Below are positions 38,601 to 48,709 of a DNA stretch of 64,000 bases, piece by piece (within the stretch, counting starts at the first letter, position 1; the number at the start of each line of letters is the position of its first letter). A model generated the notes under the pieces. That model ran no database searches, had not been told where the DNA came from, and saw nothing but the letters and a program-made list of their open reading frames with translations. Source of the stretch: Balanoglossus misakiensis (Eukaryota; Animalia; Hemichordata); assembly GCA_040954595.2 (NCBI GenBank), contig CM082583.2:11483656-11547655 (forward strand). The letters are read 5' to 3'. A program made the translations under genes and the position numbers.

Positions 38601-39739
38601 ATCGGAGCAGCCCAGGGACTGTGAGATGGCTCGATTACGTCACTACGAAGCATCTCATTCACTAATTTGGTCGTCTCTTCCCGAGTCCAGGGGGATTGTC
38701 GTCGGGGTTGTTGTCTGAGCGGTGGATGATCACCAGTTGAAATATGATGTTTCGTTATGTTGCTCCGGCCGACGTCGCTTTTATCTCTGGAGAAAATATT
38801 CTCCCATTTGCAGAGAAAGTCGGCAATTTTCCCCGCATTCGATTTTCCCACTGTCTCGAGACTTTCCTTATATATATCTTCCAGATGCGTCGGTATCGGT
38901 TTAGGTGGGGTGGAGAATTCGTTCTTAGGGTCACTAATCGCTGGCTCCACAGGTTGGGGAAGAATTGTTGTATCGGTGCTGGTAGTTACGGCGACCACCG
39001 TACCACGCCGAATGAAGTGGTCCTTTTCGCTGACGTTCAATAATCGCAATGGCACGTTTCTATTGGCGGTACTGACTAAAATTCTTCCGACGACAACACC
39101 GTGTTTCGCCGCCAGATTACCTCGTGTTGGCTCGACAACACCACAAATACTACCTGTGATGAGACGGGATAAATGACCAGCGATGACCACCTCATGACCG
39201 GCAGGCACGACGACGTCGTGTGTCACTGACACCCGGGCAGTCAGGTTTCCTCCCCGCCGGTCCAACAAGGGGACGTCTCCGTCGTGAAATCCCAACGTCA
39301 AAGAATGCGTACGAATTTCTGCCTGACCCTGTAGTAAGTAGTCGCCCCCCAGAATTACATTTTCACTAATGTCGGCAACGAATGCATGCATTTCCGTCGT
39401 ATTATTACCCACCGAAATATTGAAGTCGGCCTCCCCGTAAAGAAAAAGACGTGTAGACCCATCGGCCATGGACGGTTGAATAGTTGACGGGGCTAGCGGA
39501 GGGCGACGAGACTCCGGTAACTTATTATACACTTGCTTTGAAATTATTGTGATTTCCGACCCGCTATCAATGAAAGAACAAACGTCTAACCCATTGATTC
39601 GAGTCATTACGTAGAACGCCGGTCGCAAATTATGACTAAAACCATTGTCGTCATTCTGTCGTTTATTGGAACTGGGGGAAAAAGTAACATCTCTGTTGCC
39701 GTTGCGGTTTGCTGGTCGATGGTGGGGTCTTACAAATTT
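35672..39739 (-). CDS. pol: Pol polyprotein (aspartic protease, RT, RNase H, integrase)
   Basis: FIDSGS protease; RFCVDYRRLN, MPFGL and YLDD RT motifs; LDTDAS RNase H; HHCC, DDE and GPY integrase motifs. The frame is open from at least 39907 and is probably entered by -1 frameshift at 39733-39739. Confidence 0.95.
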   Translation of the reverse strand, partial: KFVRPHHRPANRNGNRDVTFSPSSNKRQNDDNGFSHNLRPAFYVMTRINGLDVCSFIDSGSEITIISKQVYNKLPESRRPPLAPSTIQPSMADGSTRLFLYGEADFNISVGNNTTEMHAFVADISENVILGGDYLLQGQAEIRTHSLTLGFHDGDVPLLDRRGGNLTARVSVTHDVVVPAGHEVVIAGHLSRLITGSICGVVEPTRGNLAAKHGVVVGRILVSTANRNVPLRLLNVSEKDHFIRRGTVVAVTTSTDTTILPQPVEPAISDPKNEFSTPPKPIPTHLEDIYKESLETVGKSNAGKIADFLCKWENIFSRDKSDVGRSNITKHHISTGDHPPLRQQPRRQSPWTREETTKLVNEMLRSDVIEPSHSPWAAPIVLVRKSDGSSRFCVDYRRLNDITKKDAYAIPRIEDSVNALAGACWFTTLDLTSGFWQVALDDDAKEKTAFTTWNGLFQWKVMPFGLCNAPATFQRLMEYALAGLQWEILLLYLDDIIVFASSFDQMLERLDMVFHRLQTAGLKLKPSKCKLFQKQVDYLGHRVSAAGIETSPKKVEAVKFWPTPTNVHEVRAFLGLASYYRRFVHNFSIIARPLTRLTEKNQPFFWDNECDCAFNTLKGKLISAPVLAYPIPDAPLILDTDASKFGIGGVLSQIENGVERVISFASRSLSKAERNYCVTRKELLAAVHFMKHFRPYLYGQPFTLRTDHASLRWLVNFKEPEGQLARWLEVISEFDYKIIHRPGKKHQNADGLSRRPCRQCGRAHPSDRPADRENAPTLAKVTVPGYQSTATQTETDPANTNSSSTGDLPTSTSTGPETERRKSSCPDVDGDPEEKTTNAIGLQLRYDNETLRKLQLDDPDVGPILRLKEGDDTRPDWQTVSPSSSAVKAYWGSWDLLEIHDGVLYRRWISSRDNTHRLLLIPPCSLKDEIFDELHSAKTAAHFGVFKTKRKILQRYYWYGATNDIRAMIRRCDVCAARKSHGRKRRGRLQQYVVGSPLDRVAFDIIGPFPITERNNRWILVIGDYFTKWVEAYPIPNQEAATVAEKLAGEFITRFGTPRQLHSDQGANFESRVMSEVCRLLGIKKTRTAPYNPKSDGYVERFMRTISQSVSILVNPDQSDWDLVVPYAMMAYRSSVQASTSETPAMLMLGREVALPIDLLHGPTPEPDQNENTDYALQLRKRMQLAHERARLALKKSAVTQKREYDNRASGTPLEVGQFVWLHIEAFKKGTSRKLAARRWDGPYLITDKLSDVLFRIQRGRNYRPRVIHYDRLKPYTGNDGVDWRDKQRIITATENSENDRSEPGDCVHRSSPPRQRSRAYRRSNMSRHRLYPQRQRQPPQRYGDWSYCPGNDSV

Positions 39740-41313
39740 CGGGGGCGGGGCTGGGTACCGTTGTCCGACCTCGCGTTGCCCCTGTCGTTTGGTCGGCTGT
39801 CGTTTCCCCCGTCCTGACGATGGGGGCAAGATCGGCGCAAATGTCCCTTTTCTCCGCAGAGAAAACATTCGCCCCGCTGATACCTTCTCTGTGTTTCGTC
39901 GCTCCAAGAATCGCGACGATCAGGAGGTCGGTCCGATGAAGTCCGTTCGTTCCGGACACGCAGGACTGAGCCGTTGTAGGATGTAGCTTCGTCGATGTTA
40001 TGATCAGTCTGTTGGATGCGTCGAGATAAGGGGCGGCGGCGATTCGCCCGGTCGTCCTCAGCTAGGAAATAGGCCTCCAGGGAGATGGCCGTTCGGATCG
40101 CGTCGTTCATCGACTTCGGTTGGGAACGGTGCAGATCCATGCGCAACATCGGGTCGGTAAGGGCTGTCTCGAAGTACTGCCTCGCTAATCTGTCTACGGC
40201 GGTAGAATCGAGCTCAGGATAGGCGCATTCGGTGAGCTCTAGGATGGAGTTTCCGAATTCTGCGAGGGATTCGTCGCGACGGCGACGTCGACTTTGTAGC
40301 TGAAACAGAAACTTTTCAGCTTGGCCGACGGTGCTGTACTGGTTGTCCAATTGTCGAATTAAACGGGCATACGTCACCTTACCATTATTCTCTAATCGCT
40401 TTAACACTTTCTGGGCGGGGCCATTCAGCAAGGCTGCTAGAAACTGACCTTTTTGTGCTTCATTCCAGCCATTAAGCAGGGAACAATATTGGAAATGGGA
40501 TTTATAATCTTCCCATGATATTATTCCGTCAAATCGGTCGGGCATAACCAGTGGGCGGTGAGGGGGGCGTATCCCATACGGTCCATGAGGGTGAGGTGTG
40601 ACGTTCACATTCATTTCGTCGTTTAGGCGGTGATACGGATAGGGTACAGCGTCGGCAGAGAAATGGTCGGGATAATCTCGGTCGGTCGTGCTGGAGCGCT
40701 GATCATCGTTTTTGCGTATATTACGGTGCTGTTCAGACGGAGACAAAGCTGATTCCTCACGTCTTCGAGTACTAGGGTCGTGGTCATACGACACCGGGAC
40801 TACGGTAGGTCTTTCTGGGGGAGATTCGAAGTTGGGTGTAGACGTGCGGAGGTCGAACCGCACGGCGTTTCGTTCGATCGTCGACTCCCGCTGCGGTGGC
40901 ACGACTGGAGAACGGTGTTTTGGTCGCCCCCCTTGTTGTTCATATATTTTCGGGGATGACGTCGATTCGTCGGTATTAGACAACGGAGATTGGGGGACGA
41001 ATCGGCTGAGTTGGTCGCCAGAGGGTCCTGGGGTCGAGAGTTGTGGGCCAGGCGAGTGCGTGACGGGGCTGTTTTGTTTAGGTGCCGCTGAACCGAATAA
41101 CGTGGACCGCACCCTCCCGACAGTTTTCGACAAAACTTCGGCAAAGGGGCTGTGTACTTTGGCAGGACCTCCACTCATGGGGCCACAAGTACTCTCTTCG
41201 GAGTCGGACGTATCAGGTGATTTGTTCGATGCCTTAAACATTATTACCTTATCGGTGTCATCTAAACTACTTGTTCTGTCGACAGCCGATGTGCTGTCGT
41301 CGGGGGCTGACAT
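39730..41313 (-). CDS. gag: Gag polyprotein
   Basis: 527-aa ORF after the PBS. Capsid-like PDRFDGIISWEDYKSHF..NGW..LAALLNGPA segment and CCHC knuckle CFLCGEKGHLRRSC. Confidence 0.92.
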   Translation of the reverse strand: MSAPDDSTSAVDRTSSLDDTDKVIMFKASNKSPDTSDSEESTCGPMSGGPAKVHSPFAEVLSKTVGRVRSTLFGSAAPKQNSPVTHSPGPQLSTPGPSGDQLSRFVPQSPLSNTDESTSSPKIYEQQGGRPKHRSPVVPPQRESTIERNAVRFDLRTSTPNFESPPERPTVVPVSYDHDPSTRRREESALSPSEQHRNIRKNDDQRSSTTDRDYPDHFSADAVPYPYHRLNDEMNVNVTPHPHGPYGIRPPHRPLVMPDRFDGIISWEDYKSHFQYCSLLNGWNEAQKGQFLAALLNGPAQKVLKRLENNGKVTYARLIRQLDNQYSTVGQAEKFLFQLQSRRRRRDESLAEFGNSILELTECAYPELDSTAVDRLARQYFETALTDPMLRMDLHRSQPKSMNDAIRTAISLEAYFLAEDDRANRRRPLSRRIQQTDHNIDEATSYNGSVLRVRNERTSSDRPPDRRDSWSDETQRRYQRGECFLCGEKGHLRRSCPHRQDGGNDSRPNDRGNARSDNGTQPRPRNL

Positions 41314-41402
41314 AATTTTCGAAGGGGAGTTAAGTTCTCGATTTCAGTTTTATTTCGTTGGTCGCTCAACTTGTGCTCTCGTACTACAGTCTCTGACGTA
41401 AA

Positions 41403-41420
41403 ATCCCACCGCTGCCACCA
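41403..41420 (-). other. Primer-binding site complementary to the tRNA-Leu 3' end
   Basis: Minus strand TGGTGGCAGCGGTGGGAT, 2 nt after the 5' LTR. It is the complement of the ..ATCCCACCGCTGCCACCA 3' end of metazoan tRNA-Leu (from memory of tRNA-Leu(AAG)). Confidence 0.85.
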
Positions 41421-41422
41421 AT

Positions 41423-41987
41423 TGTCGAGATTTTTCCTTCGTCGTTATTATTACGTTGAGACTGGTCAGGTGATCAGTAAGGGTAACGACCTTACACCCG
41501 AGTGACAGAGCGCACGAGGACAAAATAATAAAGTGTAGAAGCCAACGTGGCGTATTTATTAACTGAACACGAAAAATTATCAACAATACTGCGTAAAAAT
41601 GAAGAGCTGTACCTTCTTTGCTGTTGCTGGTGTGGCCTCGATAAGAAAAACCCCTTGAGCGACCCCGTTTTAAAGAGAATCGCTACTTATATACCCTCGG
41701 GTCGGATTCAAAATCAGAAAAGCTAATTTGCATATCGGACGTCGGAGAAAGCACCTAAAATCTACATATCATGTCGGCTTCAAGCCAAGAAAAGTAGCTA
41801 AATAAATGATTGACAGCTGTCGCTCGAAATCGTCGTTGCTAGACAACCAAAGGCAAACATTGAATGAAAACTGAACGTGCGTACTAACAGGCTAATCGGT
41901 TTTGGCGCGTGTGCCGCGCCTGCTGAGTAATTACAAAAACCGCAAAGGCATTCAGAAACGTAAAATGGACCTCGTTAAACCTCTACA
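41423..41987 (-). repeat. 5' LTR (565 bp) with promoter and poly(A) signals
   Basis: TG..CA ends. Minus-strand octamer ATGCAAAT (41726-41733), TATATAA (~41687-41693) and AATAAA (41555-41560). Confidence 0.96.
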
Positions 41988-43482
41988 TAACTATATACGC
42001 GTACAAATTAATGACCATACTGGTTACCATATGCCTGATCATTGCTATGAATAGAAACCATTGTTTTCTCATGGTATGTCATGTCAGATCATATCTTTGT
42101 GCCCGACAAACATTTTCAACTCCAGTCCACTCCAAAGGTCACACTACCTGTACACGTCGTCAACACTCGAGATGTCACCGCGTTCCGATAAAAACTGGGA
42201 TAAGTTTTAAATATGAAAAGTTTCGAACTGCTTAGGCTCAATTATGCCCGGCTGTCCAAACAATAGGGCTGCTTGGTACACCGACTATTGGACTTTCGAC
42301 GCAAAGCATGTCAGAAATAATGCACGTCATGTTCTATTTGCGTACTTAATGTCAGAAGGCAATGCCGGATGTCCTATAAAATGAGCAACACTACTCATGC
42401 CATGATATTCTACCTGGTTTCACGAGGGTAAACATCATCCCTACCTTCTTCCTCTTATAATCCCAACCCCCACGCCAACCTCAACCAAGCCTCAACCAAG
42501 AGCTGGTCAGAATGATCGGGCCAACAAACGACTTTAGAATACCATAGGAACTATTTTATACTAAAACCAGCAATAGCATATAAGATGCGATGACTAGTTC
42601 AAGACTTTACCTGCGTGCTGAGGACACCACTGAATACGACTGTGAAAAATTAAGTTGTCAGCCTTGCCTCGTACGTTGACCAACTAAGTATCATGTGGTT
42701 CAACAGTATCACTTGGCAATCTTTTGGTGTTCAACCAATAAACGAGACTTGAACCTGAACCTGTGACGTAACAATACGTCTACCTGACCCTTTTAATTAT
42801 TATGTCGTAATTCTAAAAGTCATATTAGACAAATTTGAAAGGGAGCGAATACTTGACAAAACACATCATCCCCAAGACTCCGATCGTTAACGCCTTAATA
42901 TAGATATGATTTTTCCCAGTTCACAATTTACACCTTTATCAAAGTGAAACAAGGTCACGCAGGTTTGAATATTAACCATGCAGGCTTGCAATGCGCCCTT
43001 TGACAAACGCTGACTAAGCAAAACGAGCTCGAGAGATTTTCAGAGTTGTTTATGGCGTCACAGCCCAAAACACAGATCAACACAAAAGAAAGAATGTTTG
43101 GTGAAAACAATCAGAACGTTTATAACTATCAATGAATCCGATGAATCCATATCCTTTCCCCGGCATATTGAATACAACCATATAACAAATACCTTCAACG
43201 CAAGGGAACCCAAGCCTCGGTTTGAGGTAACCAGCTGTTGTTTAACAACATTGGGAACGTCATCATCTGTGACCTTTCCAGTGACATCTGTTTGTACATT
43301 TGTATTATAACAACAGTCGAGGCCTGATTGGGCTATAATATTAAATTTTAAATATTATATAAATGTGTTCTAAGCATTTTGCGCAAGTAATCTGAGCGTT
43401 CCTTTGATGTGCGCCGCTGTTAAAAACTGGTAGAAAATAAAGTCTGCGTTTGAGGCTGTCAGTAAATAAACCCATTTTATTA

Positions 43483-44377
43483 TCAAGTGACTCGAAGTCC
43501 GATTACATCCAATTTGTAAATTGTTATTCTTCCATAAAAATCTGTGCTGTCATTAAAGACAATCTTTAACTTTTTTATATTCTCTGCTGACACAGGAAAG
43601 CTGTAGGAAAGAGAGTTAAGGAAGCTTATAATAATTCTTGGGGAATGGAATTCTGTCATGGCCTTGAGTTAATTAACAGCTAGGTCTAAATGATGTGTAA
43701 GTTCTTCATACCACTAATATGCTCAGCACCAGATCAATTTAAAAGGCACCAAAAATATTATACATCCTCTTTGAAACTTCAGTCGCAAGAAAAGGATATC
43801 TGTAATGAATTTATATCTTCAGGATAAAAATCCGTAATTTTAGTCAATTCTTCATCACCATGGCAACCTTCAATCCGACACTCTTTTCCTACAAATCCAC
43901 CCTGGAACTGGATTTGTAATTCTTGTATCGTTATGTTATTCGGAAACTCCAACACGACCCACTGCGGCGAACCCTGCAGAAACAAAATGTGAAAAAAAGC
44001 GGTTGTATTAGGAGCGCTGTGGCTTAGTGTTTAGGCGGCAAATGTCTAGATTTCGCTCTGGTGACTGTTCACCTACCTGGTCAGAATTCCAGCAGGTTTC
44101 TTCAGTTCCGTCGAACATGTATTTTTTCCCAAATTGCTTGACGTCCCTGTTGAGTACAGAACTAACTCTAGAAGAAGTAGGAAGGAAAAACAATCAGGCT
44201 GCAGACAAAACCTCGAACATACTGGCACCAAACGTTGGCAAGGCCCAAACTTTTGCGTGGGGTGCATATAAAATATCCACTATCACGCCCGATCTAAACA
44301 AAAATATCCAATACACTCAATCAGTACAAAATTGCCTACTTTTTATTTACATCGTGGTTTATCATGGACGTCGCCAT
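43483..44377 (-). CDS. NR2C2AP: Nuclear receptor 2C2-associated protein (TRA16)
   Basis: Exons ~44377-44340, 44167-44078, ~43973-43800 and 43602-43483. Sequence VSSVLNRDVKQFGKKYMFD..ETCWNSDQG..FQGGF..FYPEDINSLQSF..STDFYGRITIYKLDVIG. The last intron is AT-AC. Confidence 0.93.
43603..43799 (-). other. U12-type (minor spliceosome) AT-AC intron
   Basis: Donor ATATCCTTT at 43799, branch site TTCCTTAAC (43615-43623) and terminal AC at 43604-43603. The AC junction keeps the NR2C2AP frame, whereas the AG 2 nt further would shift it. Confidence 0.92.
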
Positions 44378-44756
44378 CTTGCTCTTAGGTCAACCAGAGG
44401 TCAGCAAGAAACTTTTATTGTGCGCCCTCAGCGACGAAGTGAGTGAGCTGGAACTAATTTACAAGGCGACGTCTTCATATTTTCGTGACGTGATATTAGT
44501 CAAAGATAATTATACTGATAATTTACAATCGAGTCATTTAATGTCAGTAAATGTACACGTTTCCTTTATTTAATGCACGAAAGAAAATATAGAATAGAAT
44601 ATATAGTTTTATTTACAATAGTTGCGAATAATAGCAAAACAAAATTCTAAAGCTTCTTGGCAGTTCTTGTGATGGCTTTGCACCGTAATGTACAACAATC
44701 TACGATTTTCCGCTCAATGCGACATCTCGCGAGACTTCGCCGACATTTCGCTGTCA

Positions 44757-47700
44757 TCACTGATTGTATATTGCAAGGTTTCGCGAACTGTCAATTTCAA
44801 TCTTCGACGCGCCCGAGTTATCCAGCTTGTTGTTGTGACGTAGAGGGATGACAGGGGTCGACACCTTTTTCCTCTGCGGGGCGCGGAATAGCTTTACGAA
44901 GAACAGAACACAGACATCGTACACGAACTCGAAAAACTCAAAACACGTCATGACTGACACACCAAGCCACAGCCCCACTTGACCACCGAGATTGCTGACC
45001 ACATCACCCTCCTGTGAAGAACAAAAATACTAGTCTCTGTGTTTTTTTGGGTGAAGATAAAAATAAAATCATCCATCTCGAATATCGCGTATTAATGTGA
45101 TGGAAAAGCTATGCGCATAAGAATAATACCGTATATATGTATCATACCAATCATGGTGAAGGCCTATGTCTGTCGATAAGAACTTTGAAATAAAATCACA
45201 TAGGTTCAATATTTGTGAAAAATTATGCATACAGAAATTATAGACAATATAATATATACCGTGTAAGCGATGTTCTCTTGTATGAATTCATAATTCAAAT
45301 CTGTGTAGTACACATCTATCTTGACCATATTGTCACTGAAAGAGACAGAGTGCGTTTTCAAGTGAAAATGGTATCATCTTTTGATTCGGCGGCGTGATTT
45401 CACAGATAGAGCCGCATCACACAAGTCAAGACAAGTCTGTAAGATGGTGAAAGTACCTGATGAAATTCTCTTGTGTTTCCACCTCCCGTCTAATATCAGA
45501 TGTGGTTTGCATCAAGTCTTCGGTGAGAGTTTCCTGAGAAATCAAACAAACAAACAAACAAACTTACAACGATATCCAGCATTTTGACTTTTACCTGAGC
45601 ATCAATGTACATCTATGCGACGACTGAAAATTCCGCCAAAACATAACTACTCTATGTTCATGAGCTAACTCTAACTCTAACCTTGTATTGTTGATTTGGC
45701 CAGACGACGTTCGACACAGTTGCTTCGTAGGACTTTTGTCTGTAAAAACAAAGACAAAAAAGAAAAGTTTTTGTTGTTTGACGTCGATATTCTTGATGTA
45801 AATTTACAAAAATGTGCATGGTACGATGGTGGCTGTCAGATTTCTGTCAGAAACCTGGACTCCAGCTGTACAAAGGAGATGACCTGTAGAATATGGGCGG
45901 TCAGCAAATGTACTGTGCATGTTGCAATCAGGTTTATCTGTGACTTACGAGCATGGTTGGGAACAGGTGTCAGGACATGGCGGATTCAACTGATCCCTGT
46001 CGTAAAGATATTCCACCGAGTTAATGCAGTCGGCTGGAAAAAAATTAACAATTTGAGGTTTCCACACAATTATTCAAATTAATGATGTCACTGCATCGGA
46101 TGGGGGCAATAACCGACTGTAACCTCATTAAGTCGTCATTAACGGAGAAATTATGATTATAATCAACAACTTGAAAGACAGAAAGGTTCTTTGTCATTCG
46201 AGATGGCATAATTTCATTTTTTCTCATCAAGTGTTATTAGCCCAGACATTGAACCATGAACAAGAAAGTGCCCCTCGGGAAATAGGTTGATTGGTGTGGG
46301 CGGTGTGATAATTAAGACTAATTCTTGTCAAAGCATTCATTTTGTTTTAACCTTGCACACTACATCAGTCAAATTGTCAATTACTTACGCATCCAAAATT
46401 GAATAGCAAATACAGCCCGATTTTTTTTGGCATACCCCCACCCCTGAATTTACATGTCACGACCTAGCTCCAGCACTTTGTTCACTTACCCTTTCCCCAA
46501 AAATCGTAATATTTCTCCGGGTTATGCATAAATGACCATGAAAGTACAAATTAATTACGTAATAATCCAATTTACTATCGATCGCTAAGTGGCATAACAA
46601 ACACATGTTATGCAAGAAGTCATTAGTATGTGTATCATTACACATTTATATAGTAAAACCAATCACAACGGCGGAAATCGCTAAAATTCTGCTACATGAA
46701 AATTTGAACTACCGTTGCGAGCCTACTTGATTTACCTGTGCTTTCGTCTGTAGTGTCACATACGGGATAGTCGTTGAAATAATTGTATCTGAAATCAGTA
46801 CAGTTGCAATTAAGCTGAACTGCCCAGTTGTAGCAATTTTTTTCACATCCCTAGAGTGAACAAAGAAAAAGAAAACAGGACAAATATTTGCAGCTTGTCC
46901 ATTCCATAACTGTTCGGTTTTGGAACGAAATTCAACATTCTACATATCTACATACCTTTCTGGAATATTCCATATAAAAGAATTCTGTAAAAATATTTGC
47001 AGCATCGATCTTTTCCTGTACACATTTGCTGTACGGGTATGGCATCCGATTCACCTCCAACTGTAAACCATAGACAGAGAGAGAGTAGAGTGTGTCCGCA
47101 ATTGAAAAGTACGTTTAATTTCAGGTTTTCTATCAAATGAGCGGGAATACTTTTGGGGGGGGGGAATTTGTACTTGAGTTGACCCGGGCCAACGGAAACC
47201 CATTTTTTCTACTTAAACCCGATACGCCTTTCTCGGGATAATAACTGATGTCGTTTGACATGTATTGTCCAGCGACATCGATTGGAAAATTCAAAATGCT
47301 AAATCACTGTAGAAATGTTTGTATCTACGAGACCATTCTCAACCCGATTGTAGTTTTGAATCCAGGCGCCGCCATGAAGCCCTCGTCTTCGGGGAAAGGC
47401 ATCTCTCCCTGCGAGTGCAGAACGACCCTGGCGCCGGAGGATGGCTGCAAATCTTCGACGTACTCTCCTCCTTCGATGTAGAGTTCGAGACTCAAGCCTG
47501 TATTGGGAAATAAGCAAAGTGAAAAACGTTAAATGATCGCTGCCAACTACCATAAATTTCTTCTGGAGGACCAGTTGTAGGAATGGAGTTTATAAAACCG
47601 TATATGCACGTGGCCATTGCAAGTTGCTTACCGTAAAGTGGTCCAGACTTGGTTTGCGTTAAGACTTCATTTTTATCAGCATTGAAAGTGTAACAGTTAC

Positions 47701-48709
47701 CGTACATGTAGTTGAAGGATTGAGTGAAATTTCTGAAATGTATAAAGCAGTGGTTAGATATTATGGCGGCTGCAGAACCAAATCCCTGTCCATCAAAATT
47801 GGACCATGCAACCTGTGTTGATTTTATATTTACCTAGGGCTACATGGGTATCCCTTCCATGAGCAAGCGTAGAGGAAATCATTGATGTGATGTCCATACT
47901 TCGCCCTATCTGTGTAGTTAAGTGATGCCAGGTACGTTTGGACGGTTTCGACCATTTGAAAGCCGTCATCTTGTTCGCCGAATGCCACTTCTGTGTTATC
48001 CCAGTTGGTGTATTGAATGGTTGTTTCCTCGGGTGCAGTCGTTGTGACTTCGTCTTGTGGAGGCGTCTTTCCTTGCGCCGCCGTTGTTGTCTGGTTTAGA
48101 GGAGGATAATTGTTTGGGTATGGCCACCAGATATGGACCTTGAATTGGATTTGGAAAAGTGGAGGGCGGAGGAGGTATAGAGTGAAGAAACAAGGGCAGA
48201 TGTGCGGTGATAAATTTGTAGGATGTCCTAATAGTGGAGCTTTTGGTCAAGCAACTTACCGGTGCACCGGCATTTCGTCGGCGACGTGTGGGTGACGGTG
48301 GAGGGGCAACTAACGACCGCAGTTGAGGGTCCTGGACTAAGGCGCTCATTTTCACAGGGTTCAAGTTGCAAATGGTAACTGCTGGGAAGCCTAGTCTCTT
48401 CTCGAACTTCATTTCGATGCTGATTGTGGTGTTGTACGCATAGAATTTGGATATCACTTCCGAACTCTGCCAGACGAACACCCCAAAACCCGCGATGACG
48501 ATCAGTCCCCAGTAAAGTTTCCTTATCGGTTTGTCCGCTGCTTGGATGCGTGGGAGACCGTGTGCCGTGGTCGTCTCCAGTTGTTTGCGCAACAGTTCGT
48601 GGAATGAGTCCGGTTTACCGTTCAACATGGTGGTCACCTTGGTTTTCTTGGAGTCGTCACCGACGTCCGTCAGACACGTTCTCGATGATCCTGCACCGCC
48701 GTCTGACAT
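44757..48709 (-). CDS. DEG/ENaC amiloride-sensitive sodium channel subunit (paralog 1)
   Basis: TTAHGLPRI gating motif, TM1, FPAVTICNLNP, YGNCYTFN, GPLYG, PFPEDEG, Cys-rich thumb exons and TM2 VVSNLGGQVGLWLGVSVMT. About 11 exons. Confidence 0.92.

Larger units (their letters stand above)
33624..41987 (-). mobile_element. Full-length Ty3/Gypsy LTR retrotransposon (8364 bp), apparently intact and very recent
   Basis: Two 565-bp TG..CA LTRs, 4-bp TSD TAAC (33620-33623 and 41988-41991), PBS, PPT, uninterrupted gag and pol with domain order PR-RT-RH-IN. Confidence 0.97.

Noticed and set aside
36160-41401. Several long + strand ORFs antisense to gag/pol (similar ones occur antisense to FEM1B and SLC10)
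   Set aside because: Expected shadows of GC-rich coding sequence, with no recognisable domains.
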